Assembly: GCA_002778575.1 (NCBI GenBank)
Contig: PFBJ01000003.1
Span: 11,057 to 75,056, forward strand
Length of the DNA: 64,000 nt
From: Candidatus Kaiserbacteria bacterium CG10_big_fil_rev_8_21_14_0_10_49_17
GTDB taxonomy: Bacteria > Patescibacteriota > Minisyncoccia > Phycocordibacterales > JABMNX01
Direction of reading: 5' to 3'
The position numbers and the translations under genes are program-made. How positions within the stretch are numbered: position 1 is the stretch's first letter; each line of letters starts with the position of its first letter. A model generated the notes under the pieces. The model did no database searches and was not told the origin of the DNA. It saw nothing but the letters and a program-made list of their open reading frames with translations. This document shows, piece by piece, positions 18,928-27,660 of this stretch.

Positions 18928-20193
18928 ATGATGCAATTACATTCAAAAACACTGCCAAACAAACTACGAATCCGAGTGGTCGAGATGCCAGGGAGCAACG
19001 CCGTCACATCGCTTGTTCTTGTCGGGGCGGGCTCGCGGTATGAAGAAAAGGAAATTTCCGGAATATCGCATTTTCTCGAGCACATGTTTTTTAAGGGCGG
19101 AGAAATATACACAACTCCAAAAATGGTAAGCGAGACTATAGACGCACTCGGCGCTGAATGTAACGCATTTACCAGTAAGGAATTCGTTGGGTATTACGTA
19201 AAGAGCGGAAAGCGCCATCTGGATACGAGCCTCGACGTGCTCAGTGACATGCTTATTTCCGCAAAGTTTCCTCCGGAAGAAATAGAAAAGGAGAGGGGCG
19301 TTATTCTTGAAGAAATGGCGATGTACCTTGATTTGCCTATGTATCAGGTCGGGTGGGATTTTGAAAATCTTCTTTTTGGAGACCAGCCTATCGGCCGAGA
19401 TGAAATCGGAACAAAAGAGCTTATCACAACTGTTACGCAACAGGACTTTTTTGACTATAAGAACGCGCTCTACACGCCTGAGAATACAGTCATTATTCTG
19501 GCGGGCGCTGTCACCGAATCCGATATCGCACGAATAGAAAAGCACTTTGCATTCGAAAATGGCGTACGGAGCAAAAATGCGCTTGCATACGATCCGGCTC
19601 TTGCGAGCGAGCGCTTCTCAATTCGGATACGCCCGACTGAGCAGTACCACCTCCACTTCGGCGTCGTTGGACTCTCTCTGCGCGACGAGCGGTATCCAGT
19701 GCAGCTTCTGCTTTCAACGATACTCGGCGGAAACATGTCCTCACGAATGTTCCAACACGTCCGTGAAGCGCTTGGTCTGTGCTACTCCATCCGCACCAGC
19801 TCAACTGGCTACACCGATGTCGGTGTTCTTACCACTCGTGCGGGCGTAAAACTTGGAAAAGTTCATGATGCTCTTGCGGCAATTCGGTACGAGTACGACC
19901 GCGCGGCGCAGGAAGGAGTTACAGAAGAAGAACTGCGAAAAGCGCAGAGCTACCTGTGCGGAAAAGAAGATCTTCAGACCGAGGACACGGAGCAGGTAGC
20001 ACTCCACTACGGGCTCAATCAGCTTCTTCATGAACGCGATGAAAGCTTCGAGGATTTAAAGAAAAAAATAAATGCGGTCACAACAGACCAGCTCAATAGT
20101 CTTGCCACGGAGTTATTTGCGCCAGAGCGTTACAATCTTGCACTTATTGGACCGGACATAGACGACGCCAAGGCCCGTGAAGCTATTTCCTAG
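18928..20193 (+). CDS. M16-family zinc metallopeptidase (pitrilysin/insulinase-like)
   Basis: inverted zincin motif HFLEHMFFKG plus downstream E; start placed at MMQLHSK rather than ORF-track 18871. Confidence 0.85.
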   Translation: MMQLHSKTLPNKLRIRVVEMPGSNAVTSLVLVGAGSRYEEKEISGISHFLEHMFFKGGEIYTTPKMVSETIDALGAECNAFTSKEFVGYYVKSGKRHLDTSLDVLSDMLISAKFPPEEIEKERGVILEEMAMYLDLPMYQVGWDFENLLFGDQPIGRDEIGTKELITTVTQQDFFDYKNALYTPENTVIILAGAVTESDIARIEKHFAFENGVRSKNALAYDPALASERFSIRIRPTEQYHLHFGVVGLSLRDERYPVQLLLSTILGGNMSSRMFQHVREALGLCYSIRTSSTGYTDVGVLTTRAGVKLGKVHDALAAIRYEYDRAAQEGVTEEELRKAQSYLCGKEDLQTEDTEQVALHYGLNQLLHERDESFEDLKKKINAVTTDQLNSLATELFAPERYNLALIGPDIDDAKAREAIS

Positions 20194-20612
20194 TGAAGCG
20201 TAATGAGGAGCGCTCCGGCTACCATAAGAAGTGCCCCAAGAAGCGCTTTCCACCCAAGCGCTTCACCCAGAAACAGTGCCGCAAGGAGTACGACAAAAAC
20301 AATTGAGAGCCGGTCAATAGCGACGACGCCTGTCGCTTGGCCTGTTTTTAATGCAAAGAAATAGAAAAGCCACGAAAGCGCACCCGCAATACCTGCCGCG
20401 AGTATAAGGAGCCACTCCCGCGAGCCAAGACCGATAATGGAAAAGCCGTCAAATTTTTTCAGAAACACACTGACAATGACAAGAAAGCCGGCCATGATAA
20501 TAGCCCGAATTGTCGTTGCAAGCGTCGAGTCAAGGTTTTGCAGCCCAAGTTTTGCAAAAATTGCAACCAGCGCCGCCATGAGTGCCGAGAGAAATGCATA
20601 GAGAAGCCACAT
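20190..20612 (-). CDS. EamA/DMT-superfamily small membrane transporter (single EamA domain, 4 TM)
   Basis: four TM helices, EamA-like pattern. Confidence 0.6.
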   Translation of the reverse strand: MWLLYAFLSALMAALVAIFAKLGLQNLDSTLATTIRAIIMAGFLVIVSVFLKKFDGFSIIGLGSREWLLILAAGIAGALSWLFYFFALKTGQATGVVAIDRLSIVFVVLLAALFLGEALGWKALLGALLMVAGALLITLH

Positions 20613-20621
20613 ATGTATATC

Positions 20622-21197
20622 TTATCGCAACGATTCAAGGAAACTCTTATACTCGTCGAATGTTTCGTTTAGACGGACTCGAAGCGGATGTTCGCCCAGT
20701 TTCTCAGAGATAATAGCAACGAGTGCGCCATATACGTATATTCTGTCATCAATGTTTCCTGAGAACTGATTCTTAAAATCATCGGGATGCCCGCTGAATT
20801 CCCTGATAGCATTTGAAAAATTATGTATCTTATCCGCTGCAGCGACAATAGCAGACTCCAGTGGGGCTTTTTGTAAATTTTCCCCATACGCTCGGCGGCT
20901 CTTTTCCCACTCAGTTGCGCCTATCGCTTGCGGAATCGTAACACCAAGTACGATGTTCTTCACTCGCGCGCCGAATTCTTCTTCTATCTCTTCAGGCAAA
21001 ATATTCGTGTCTTCCACTATGTCGTGGAGGAGCGCGGCAATAATGACATCTTCTTCAGTGCAGTATTCGCTCACTATCCACGCAACTGACACGAGGTGGG
21101 TGATGTAGGGGGTCTTCTTTTCTCCTTTCCTATACTGCCCCTCGTGCACTCTGGCAACTTTTTCAAGCGCTTTCTCAATTTCAGGAGTGAAATGCAT
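20622..21197 (-). CDS. HD-domain phosphohydrolase, (p)ppGpp-hydrolase-like (RelA/SpoT HD family)
   Basis: HxxxH...LLHDIVEDT metal-binding signature. Confidence 0.75.
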   Translation of the reverse strand: MHFTPEIEKALEKVARVHEGQYRKGEKKTPYITHLVSVAWIVSEYCTEEDVIIAALLHDIVEDTNILPEEIEEEFGARVKNIVLGVTIPQAIGATEWEKSRRAYGENLQKAPLESAIVAAADKIHNFSNAIREFSGHPDDFKNQFSGNIDDRIYVYGALVAIISEKLGEHPLRVRLNETFDEYKSFLESLR

Positions 21198-21223
21198 ATA
21201 TAGAGAGCATCATACCATACGCA

Positions 21224-21931
21224 ATGAATGACTTGAGAATGGTGTACACTGCCCGTATGGCACATGCCGACATAAAACTGGCTCCCGAGTGGAAGGTGCT
21301 TTTAGCCGCAGAATTTACTGCACCGTATTTTACAGAGTTGGCTGAGTTGGTTCGCGCAGAATACCTTACACATACGGTCTTTCCTCCTCCGAAATACATT
21401 TTCCGCGCACTTGATTTAGTGGCGCCGTCTGACGTAGCGGTAGTCATCCTTGGGCAAGACCCGTACCACACCCCTGGTGTCGCTGACGGACTCGCATTTT
21501 CAACAGGAAGCAAGAATCGCATTCCGCCATCACTTGCAAATATCTTTAAAGAAATAGAAAGCGAGTTTGCTGTGCCGTGCATACAGAATCCGGATCTAAC
21601 TCGGTGGGCGAACCAAGGAGTACTGCTTCTTAATGCGTCGCTCTCGGTACGCTCTGGCGAGGCAAATTCACACGCTCTGTACGGGTGGCACACATTTACC
21701 GATGCAATTATCAAATCCCTATCGGAAAATTACTCACATATTGTTTTTATGCTCTGGGGCACGTTTGCAGGGAAAAAAGAGGTGCTCATTGACTCACATA
21801 CGCACTTGGTATTGAAATCGGCTCACCCATCACCGCTCTCCGCGCATCGAGGTTTTTTTGGAAATGCGCACTTTACGCGGGCGAATGCCTATCTAATTAA
21901 AAACGGAAAGAAACCTATTGACTGGAGGTAA
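21224..21931 (+). CDS. ung: uracil-DNA glycosylase, family 1
   Basis: GQDPYH water-activating loop, HPSPLSA leucine-loop motif; true start may be internal (MAHADIK, about 21257). Confidence 0.9.
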   Translation: MNDLRMVYTARMAHADIKLAPEWKVLLAAEFTAPYFTELAELVRAEYLTHTVFPPPKYIFRALDLVAPSDVAVVILGQDPYHTPGVADGLAFSTGSKNRIPPSLANIFKEIESEFAVPCIQNPDLTRWANQGVLLLNASLSVRSGEANSHALYGWHTFTDAIIKSLSENYSHIVFMLWGTFAGKKEVLIDSHTHLVLKSAHPSPLSAHRGFFGNAHFTRANAYLIKNGKKPIDWR

Positions 21932-22175
21932 GTGCTCCTTCATTTCTTAGAAGCGTTGCTTTCTCGCCCCGCAGGCCATTGTAGCCGCCAAGTGTTCCAT
22001 TCGCGCGGATGACCCTATGACACGGCACACGTTTATCAGTATTGTTTTTCATTACCACCCCCACTGCTCGCGCCGCGCGCGGGCTTCCCGCACGTGCTGC
22101 CACCTCGCCATATGAGAGCGTCTTCCCTTCTGGAATCCCGCGCACTATTGCCACCACTCGCTCAGTAAAATCCAT
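21915..22175 (-). CDS. ogt: methylated-DNA--protein-cysteine methyltransferase DNA-binding domain protein (MGMT C-terminal domain only)
   Basis: PCHRV active-site motif, about 86 aa stand-alone domain. Confidence 0.8.
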   Translation of the reverse strand: MDFTERVVAIVRGIPEGKTLSYGEVAARAGSPRAARAVGVVMKNNTDKRVPCHRVIRANGTLGGYNGLRGEKATLLRNEGALTSSQ

Positions 22176-22176
22176 A

Positions 22177-23043
22177 TTAGAACAATGATCCAGTATCTGT
22201 GGCGCTGGACTGTGGCGGCACATCTAATTTTGGTTGCGCCGCGGAGTATCGCTCCTGGAGTTTTTTGCCAGCGTACTTTCGGTAGGTGCAGTAGTCACAC
22301 TCCGGGTGCGCGTCCGGTATATTCTCGCTATCAAGACACTCTTTAATGCGAAGCAGTGTTGGTTCTATCCATGATCCGTCTCCCGTATACGGAATGAGTG
22401 TTACCTCAAAAATGAGTTTTCCGTCGAATGCTTTCTCATCCTTGCTTGCATTCGCATAGACAAAGTAACCCGTATCAGAGACGCGAAAACCATTCTGCCT
22501 CAAAAGCCACTGGTATACTTCCATCTGGCGTTTGTAGCCGTCCTGCCAATCTTTATTTAACTCCTCAATTTTCTCATCCTTGCTCGTTGACTTGTAGTCA
22601 ACGACCAGCAATTCTTCTTCGGGGGTCACCCACACGTCATCCACCGCACCTGAAATAGTAAATCCGGTCTTTTTATGCGTGCACTCTATCCCCTTAAAAT
22701 TTTCCCGCCAAATGTCCAGCTTGCTATGAGCAAATGGAATTGCATGTATGCCGTACTGCTCCATGAGCGGGTGCGCCGTTTTATCCGCCCGGTGAATATC
22801 GAACTCTTTTTTAAGCAGTGCATCAACCGCGCTATTGAGTGCGAATGGGTACCCAGGCGGACGGGCGGTTCCGAGCTTATTGTCGAGGTAGAAGCACCGC
22901 GGACACTCAACAAAAAGATCAATCTTTGAACGGGAGAGGCGCCACCGAGGGCCGCCATAATTCCAATCCGCTTTCCTGTCGGGCTTGTAGTATGAACTCA
23001 TGCATCGCAGTATACCACTGCTCACACTCTCACAAAATCCCAA
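22177..23043 (-). CDS. PD-(D/E)xK nuclease with 4-Cys Fe-S cluster (Cas4/RecB-like exonuclease family), no CRISPR context
   Basis: N-terminal CPRC, core VVDYKS (D-x-K), C-terminal CDYCTYRKYAG three-Cys motif. Confidence 0.7.
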   Translation of the reverse strand: MGFCESVSSGILRCMSSYYKPDRKADWNYGGPRWRLSRSKIDLFVECPRCFYLDNKLGTARPPGYPFALNSAVDALLKKEFDIHRADKTAHPLMEQYGIHAIPFAHSKLDIWRENFKGIECTHKKTGFTISGAVDDVWVTPEEELLVVDYKSTSKDEKIEELNKDWQDGYKRQMEVYQWLLRQNGFRVSDTGYFVYANASKDEKAFDGKLIFEVTLIPYTGDGSWIEPTLLRIKECLDSENIPDAHPECDYCTYRKYAGKKLQERYSAAQPKLDVPPQSSATDTGSLF

Positions 23044-23046
23044 CCG

Positions 23047-23547
23047 CTACTCGCCCTCTTCCTCTTCAATCCGCACAGGCGTTTTCTTTGCAGAGTCTGT
23101 CCACGCTTTCAGTCTGTCTTCAATAAACCAAAGCGCTGTGAAGGCCAAGAGCGCGAGGAGTGCTGAGAAAATGGCGATCGCATAGAGTCCAAAACCAATA
23201 GCAATACCGATTCCTGACGCAACCCATAACCCCGCCGCGGTCGTGAGCCCCCTGAGCTCATCTCCTCGGAAGATAATGATTCCCGCTCCGATAAATCCGA
23301 TACCGGTAATAATCCCAGCAACAACACGCATCGGGTCGAAATTTACCAGACCCAAGTACGAATGCGTTACTTGAATTCCAATAACCGTAAAGAGGCATGA
23401 GCCGAGAGAGACCAGTGCAAATGTTCGCGAGCCGGCCCGTTTCCCTGCGACAACAGAGCGTTCTGTTCCCAGCAAGAGGCCGAGCAGGAGCGCGAGGCTA
23501 AGCTGGCCAAAGACGATGAGTAACGAAGCCGGTACGAATGGTTCCAT
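23047..23547 (-). CDS. mgtC: MgtC/SapB-family membrane protein
   Basis: MgtC N-terminal signature LLGLLLGTER, 4-5 TM. Confidence 0.8.
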   Translation of the reverse strand: MEPFVPASLLIVFGQLSLALLLGLLLGTERSVVAGKRAGSRTFALVSLGSCLFTVIGIQVTHSYLGLVNFDPMRVVAGIITGIGFIGAGIIIFRGDELRGLTTAAGLWVASGIGIAIGFGLYAIAIFSALLALLAFTALWFIEDRLKAWTDSAKKTPVRIEEEEGE

Positions 23548-23565
23548 TACGGAAAGTATAGCATA

Positions 23566-23594
23566 TTGACTCCCGTCAACCTGATTTGTATGTT
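23566..23594 (+). promoter_or_regulatory. sigma-70-type promoter: -35 TTGACT, 17-bp spacer, -10 TATGTT with upstream TG
   Basis: near-consensus hexamers 30-55 nt upstream of ATG 23623, followed by AAGGAG RBS. Confidence 0.6.
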
Positions 23595-23622
23595 TAAAAC
23601 GGCATAGAAGAAGGAGTGCGTG

Positions 23623-23982
23623 ATGAAAATCCGCTTAACTGAAGAAAATCAAGGCGACTTTTGCGGTTGGAAAATCGTACTGATGGAATCCGGAGGCGCC
23701 ACGCGTGGTGAATTTGGCGGACTGAAGGAGGGAATGCTTGGGGCGAAAATCCTTTCTTACAAACCCGGAACCAAGGAGCTGTACAACGAGGTGACGGGAA
23801 AGTGGGAGCCGGCAGAGTGTATCCTCAATGACTTCGAGGGTCCCGCAACAAGCTCTATGCTTGAGTTTCATCAGGGCGATGGTGGAATTCTCTGTATGGG
23901 CATTCCGTATATCGGTCCCTGCTACCTCGTGCCTCCCGACGTAGAACTTTCTCTCCCCTCGCGAAAGATGTTCTGCGATTAG
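23623..23982 (+). CDS. hypothetical small protein (120 aa), orphan plus-strand gene
   Basis: strong promoter, AAGGAG RBS 6 nt upstream, double terminator downstream; no recognisable domain. Confidence 0.6.
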   Translation: MKIRLTEENQGDFCGWKIVLMESGGATRGEFGGLKEGMLGAKILSYKPGTKELYNEVTGKWEPAECILNDFEGPATSSMLEFHQGDGGILCMGIPYIGPCYLVPPDVELSLPSRKMFCD

Positions 23983-23987
23983 AGCTA

Positions 23988-24012
23988 AAGGCGCCCTCTG
24001 GGCGTCTTTTTG
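23988..24012 (+). terminator. rho-independent terminator
   Basis: AGGCGCCC-tct-GGGCGTCT hairpin followed by TTTTT. Confidence 0.75.
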
Positions 24013-24015
24013 TAT

Positions 24016-24055
24016 AAAAAAATCGACTCAGTCAGGTGACTGAGTCGATTTTTTG
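24016..24055. terminator. bidirectional rho-independent terminator
   Basis: A7 - ATCGACTCAGTC-aggt-GACTGAGTCGAT (12-bp perfect stem) - T6. Confidence 0.8.
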
Positions 24056-24074
24056 GGCTCATATAAGCCGTTTT

Positions 24075-24638
24075 CTAATTTGTTCGAAATGCACTCATAA
24101 GAGGAGCTCCGCCGGCCCCAAGAGCTGGGAAATCTGTATCGAGTGAGAATTCTCTATCGCCATTGTCTTGGTAAATGACGGCAAAATAGAGAGCATTTGC
24201 TGTTGTGCCGCGAAGCAACTCAACAACGACGTTTTCATGCACTCCCGCCTCAAGACGTGCCGCTCCGAGAGCATTACCGATTTGATTATCACTGCCTTCA
24301 TGAATGACAACCCATCCGGTTTCTTGTAATTCAACCTTTCGGACAGTAACGCTCATACCCGCAGGTTGATTTGAAACTGCGATCGCGGAATTACTTGTCA
24401 GCACTGGCGCTGACCCGCTTCCTGAATCTGTATCTCCTGATACATCGGGATTCACACCTGAGCCAATGAGCCCTGAATCACCTGATTTTATGTCACTATC
24501 ATCATCAATTACCGCGGTATCATCTGTGCGGCTCTCTGCGCTTTCGCTCTTTGGGCCAAGGTAAAGCCACGTAAGCGCTGATCCGATGAGAAGACCAGTG
24601 ACGAATAGCGCACCAAATTTGACATACTGATTATTCAT
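24075..24638 (-). CDS. hypothetical secreted/membrane-anchored protein (N-terminal TM, acidic Ser/Asp-rich linker)
   Basis: signal-anchor FGALFVTGLLIGSALTWLYLG; no known domain. Confidence 0.55.
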   Translation of the reverse strand: MNNQYVKFGALFVTGLLIGSALTWLYLGPKSESAESRTDDTAVIDDDSDIKSGDSGLIGSGVNPDVSGDTDSGSGSAPVLTSNSAIAVSNQPAGMSVTVRKVELQETGWVVIHEGSDNQIGNALGAARLEAGVHENVVVELLRGTTANALYFAVIYQDNGDREFSLDTDFPALGAGGAPLMSAFRTN

Positions 24639-24681
24639 GTTCTTTTCTGATTTTTATTACTTACAAAAAAGTTGGCCTATT

Positions 24682-25533
24682 TTACATTGCTACACCGCTT
24701 GTGCACAAGTCCTGAGCTTCTCGCATTGCTTCCGCGGCTTTCTCGGGTGTTATGCCGTGCTCCGTAAGAACACTTGCGCCCGCCTTAATTGAGCGACACA
24801 GAACAAGTTTGTCTTCAAGTAGTCGCTGTTTTTCCGACTCTGAGAGCGTTGTGAGGCACGTAATAGGGTGCAGACCTGTTTCTGAAACAAGATCCTGTAA
24901 ATTGCCGCTTTCCGGGTAATTCCAGCCGATAAGCGTCAGCCCGACACACTTTCCGTATTCAATTGCATTACCGGTAAATTTTGTATTCGTAATGAGCATC
25001 CCGCGCTCAATGTGCGCTTCTCCCTCTACTTTCGGAGCTTCGGCTAAATCAATAAAGCGCGCCCGCACGTACAGCGCTACCTTTAGGTCGGTTTTCATCC
25101 CGGGACTGTTATGAAATTTTACCTCGGCACCAAATGCATCATCAGCTGACGTCGCGATAAGATCCACCTCGTGTTCAGCGCACTTTCCGTTTGTGATAAC
25201 TCCCGTCATGACGTCGTAGCCTTTCGCGCGGAAAATTTCACTTACGAAATCCTCAAACGGAAAACCGGACGGGCCGAGCGCTAGGATTGCCCGCTTCAGT
25301 GAATAGCGTGCCGCAACGGGACGCACCTCTTTCTCCCGTAAATAATTAAATGCTCGTGAGTAAATTTCTTGAGTCGACATGCCGTCTTTCATTTCAGAAA
25401 CCACCTGCGTTGTTATTTCCGCAATAGTTTTCTCTCCCGCGCCTGCCCGGGTAAGAGAGCGCTTGAGCTTTTCCGGATCAAACGGCTCCCGCTCTCCATC
25501 AGCTTTAACAATTGTGACGCTTTTTTTCTCCAT
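24682..25533 (-). CDS. ATP-cone domain fused to Mrr-type PD-(D/E)xK restriction-endonuclease-like domain
   Basis: N-terminal ATP-cone (VTIVKADGEREPFDPEKLKRSL...), then FEDFVSEIFRAKGYDV...EVDLIA...AEVKF (D...ExK) matching Mrr_cat. Confidence 0.65.
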   Translation of the reverse strand: MEKKSVTIVKADGEREPFDPEKLKRSLTRAGAGEKTIAEITTQVVSEMKDGMSTQEIYSRAFNYLREKEVRPVAARYSLKRAILALGPSGFPFEDFVSEIFRAKGYDVMTGVITNGKCAEHEVDLIATSADDAFGAEVKFHNSPGMKTDLKVALYVRARFIDLAEAPKVEGEAHIERGMLITNTKFTGNAIEYGKCVGLTLIGWNYPESGNLQDLVSETGLHPITCLTTLSESEKQRLLEDKLVLCRSIKAGASVLTEHGITPEKAAEAMREAQDLCTSGVAM

Positions 25534-25546
25534 ATGTGTATCTTAT

Positions 25547-26623
25547 CTAATGTCTCGTTGTATCACTAGTCGCAATTATGCCTCCACCGAGACACTCACC
25601 GTCTTTGTAGAGTACTAACGACTGTCCCGGGGAGGGTTTCTCTGCGGATTCAGCAAGCGAAACAGACGAGTCCTCTATAACTGCCCTCCGGAGCGCTCCT
25701 CGATGCCGGGTACGCGCGTCTGCCTCTCCGTGCGGTACCTCGCGAATCCAATGCGTATTTTCAAGTGTAATGCTTTCTGCTGCTGTCTCTTCAGGAGACC
25801 CACTTCGGACCGTAATGGTATTTTTTTCAATATCTTTCGCGATAACGAAATGAGCGCGCTCATCTGTCTTTTGCGACGTGACCGTAAAGCCGTGCCGCTG
25901 CCCGTACGTATAGAGTATTGCCCCTTCGTGCTCCCCAATAACAGCTCCGGCTTCATTTAAAACAGCTCCGCTATTCGTGGGAATATACTGTCGTATGAAG
26001 TCTCGTATTTCCACATCTCCAATAAAACAGAGACCTTGGCTTTCAGAACGCGTGGCACTGGGAAGTCTGTGTTCTACTGCGTACGCACGCACTTCATCCT
26101 TTGTCATTGCGTAGAGTGGAAAGAGCGAACGAGAGAGCTGCTGCTGCGTAAGTGTCCACAGAAAGTACGTCTGGTCCTTTGTTTTATCCTTTGGTTGTAA
26201 AAGCGCATACGCGCCTTCTTTTTCCTCAACTGCCCCATAGTGGCCAGTTGCTATGGCATCCGCGCCTTCTGCAAGCGCATAGTCAAGAAAAGCTCCGAAT
26301 TTAACCGACCGGTTGCACATCACATCAGGATTTGGAGTGCGTCCCGCGGTGTATTCAGCTATCAGGTAATCTATAACTTCTTTTTTGTACACATCGGAGA
26401 GATCGAGTGTTTGAAATGGGATTTCAAGGTGTGCGGCACTGCGAAGAGCAGCCGCTCTATCTTCTTCCCATGTGCAGTGTATAAACTCCGGTTGCCAAAT
26501 TTTGATAAAAACGCCCACAACCGCGTATCCCTGATTTTTGAGAATGTGCGCGGCAACAGAAGAATCGACCCCGCCCGAGAGTCCGACAAAAATTGTTTTC
26601 TGTGTATCACTCATCACTGCCAC
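25547..26623 (-). CDS. mnmA: tRNA-specific 2-thiouridylase MnmA
   Basis: PP-loop VGLSGGVDSSV, catalytic Cys residues. Confidence 0.92.
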   Translation of the reverse strand: MAVMSDTQKTIFVGLSGGVDSSVAAHILKNQGYAVVGVFIKIWQPEFIHCTWEEDRAAALRSAAHLEIPFQTLDLSDVYKKEVIDYLIAEYTAGRTPNPDVMCNRSVKFGAFLDYALAEGADAIATGHYGAVEEKEGAYALLQPKDKTKDQTYFLWTLTQQQLSRSLFPLYAMTKDEVRAYAVEHRLPSATRSESQGLCFIGDVEIRDFIRQYIPTNSGAVLNEAGAVIGEHEGAILYTYGQRHGFTVTSQKTDERAHFVIAKDIEKNTITVRSGSPEETAAESITLENTHWIREVPHGEADARTRHRGALRRAVIEDSSVSLAESAEKPSPGQSLVLYKDGECLGGGIIATSDTTRH

Positions 26624-26646
26624 AATACACGAGAGCGTGGCAAATG

Positions 26647-27660
26647 CTAATTAACATAGAGTGCCTTCTTTCTTTTATGCTCCTCAAACGTTCGAGAAAA
26701 GTACGTCACACCGTTTCTATCAGCCAAGTAGTAGAGGTAGTTACTCTCAATCGGCTCAGCTGCGGCAATAATCGATTCGATAGACGGACTGCCGATCGGC
26801 GTCGGTGGGAGCCCTTTGTGCTGGTATGTGTTATACGGCGACGAGGCGTCAGCGAGCTCGGCTTTGGTAATATCGTATGTACCCTTCCCGTTTATGTAAC
26901 GGAATGTCGCGTCAACCTGAAGCGCCATATCAATATCCAACCGATTCCATAACACGCTGGCTATACGTCGCTTTACCTCAAAATCATGCGCCTCTCGTTC
27001 AAGTATTGACGCCATTATGACAATATCCTCCACGGAGCGCCCTGAAGCTCCAAGCCGCAATGCAATATCTTCAATGCGCGCGAAGAACGTACCGCGCAAA
27101 ACCGAGACGACTTCATCTGCCGTAGTGCTTGGCAGAAAGTGGTACGTATCAGGGTAGAGGTACCCCTCAAATTGCGTGGCAATCTGCGTAAAGCGTTCCG
27201 CGTCGAAGCGAGGCAGTACACTCTGTAACTGTTGCGCCATCTCTGCCACTGTTGACCCCTCTTCAATCCTCACTGTAATGGTATCAAGCCCGTACTCTCC
27301 GCGATTCATTCTCCACGCAAGCGCAAGTACGTTTTCCCTTGTGTCGAGATAGTAATCTCCTGCTATGACTTTTCCTCCGAAAAGAAGTGCGGCTGCTTTA
27401 AACACCGTAGCTGACTGGATAATGCCGTTTTCTTTCAGTAGTGATGCAGTACTGCCAATTGTCCCGCCGCTTTTAACGGTAATGACGTGTTGCGTAGGAA
27501 ATGTATGCGGCGGCGCAATGAGCGTTGAATATGTCAGTGAGATAAGAAAAAGAACCGCAACTGCAAAAAGTGCGGCAGTTTCTCTATTGCGATTGTGTCG
27601 CATCCATGTATGAAGTCGCTCATGCCTTGAGCGCATTTTTTCTATTAGCACGCGCATCAT
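26647..27660 (-). CDS. mltG: endolytic murein transglycosylase MltG (YceG-like)
   Basis: N-terminal TM, YceG domain, conserved YYLADRNGVTYFSRTFEEH region. Confidence 0.82.
   Translation of the reverse strand: MMRVLIEKMRSRHERLHTWMRHNRNRETAALFAVAVLFLISLTYSTLIAPPHTFPTQHVITVKSGGTIGSTASLLKENGIIQSATVFKAAALLFGGKVIAGDYYLDTRENVLALAWRMNRGEYGLDTITVRIEEGSTVAEMAQQLQSVLPRFDAERFTQIATQFEGYLYPDTYHFLPSTTADEVVSVLRGTFFARIEDIALRLGASGRSVEDIVIMASILEREAHDFEVKRRIASVLWNRLDIDMALQVDATFRYINGKGTYDITKAELADASSPYNTYQHKGLPPTPIGSPSIESIIAAAEPIESNYLYYLADRNGVTYFSRTFEEHKRKKALYVN

Noticed and set aside
21181-21714. 177-aa minus-strand ORF
   Set aside because: Antisense to the well-supported ung gene.
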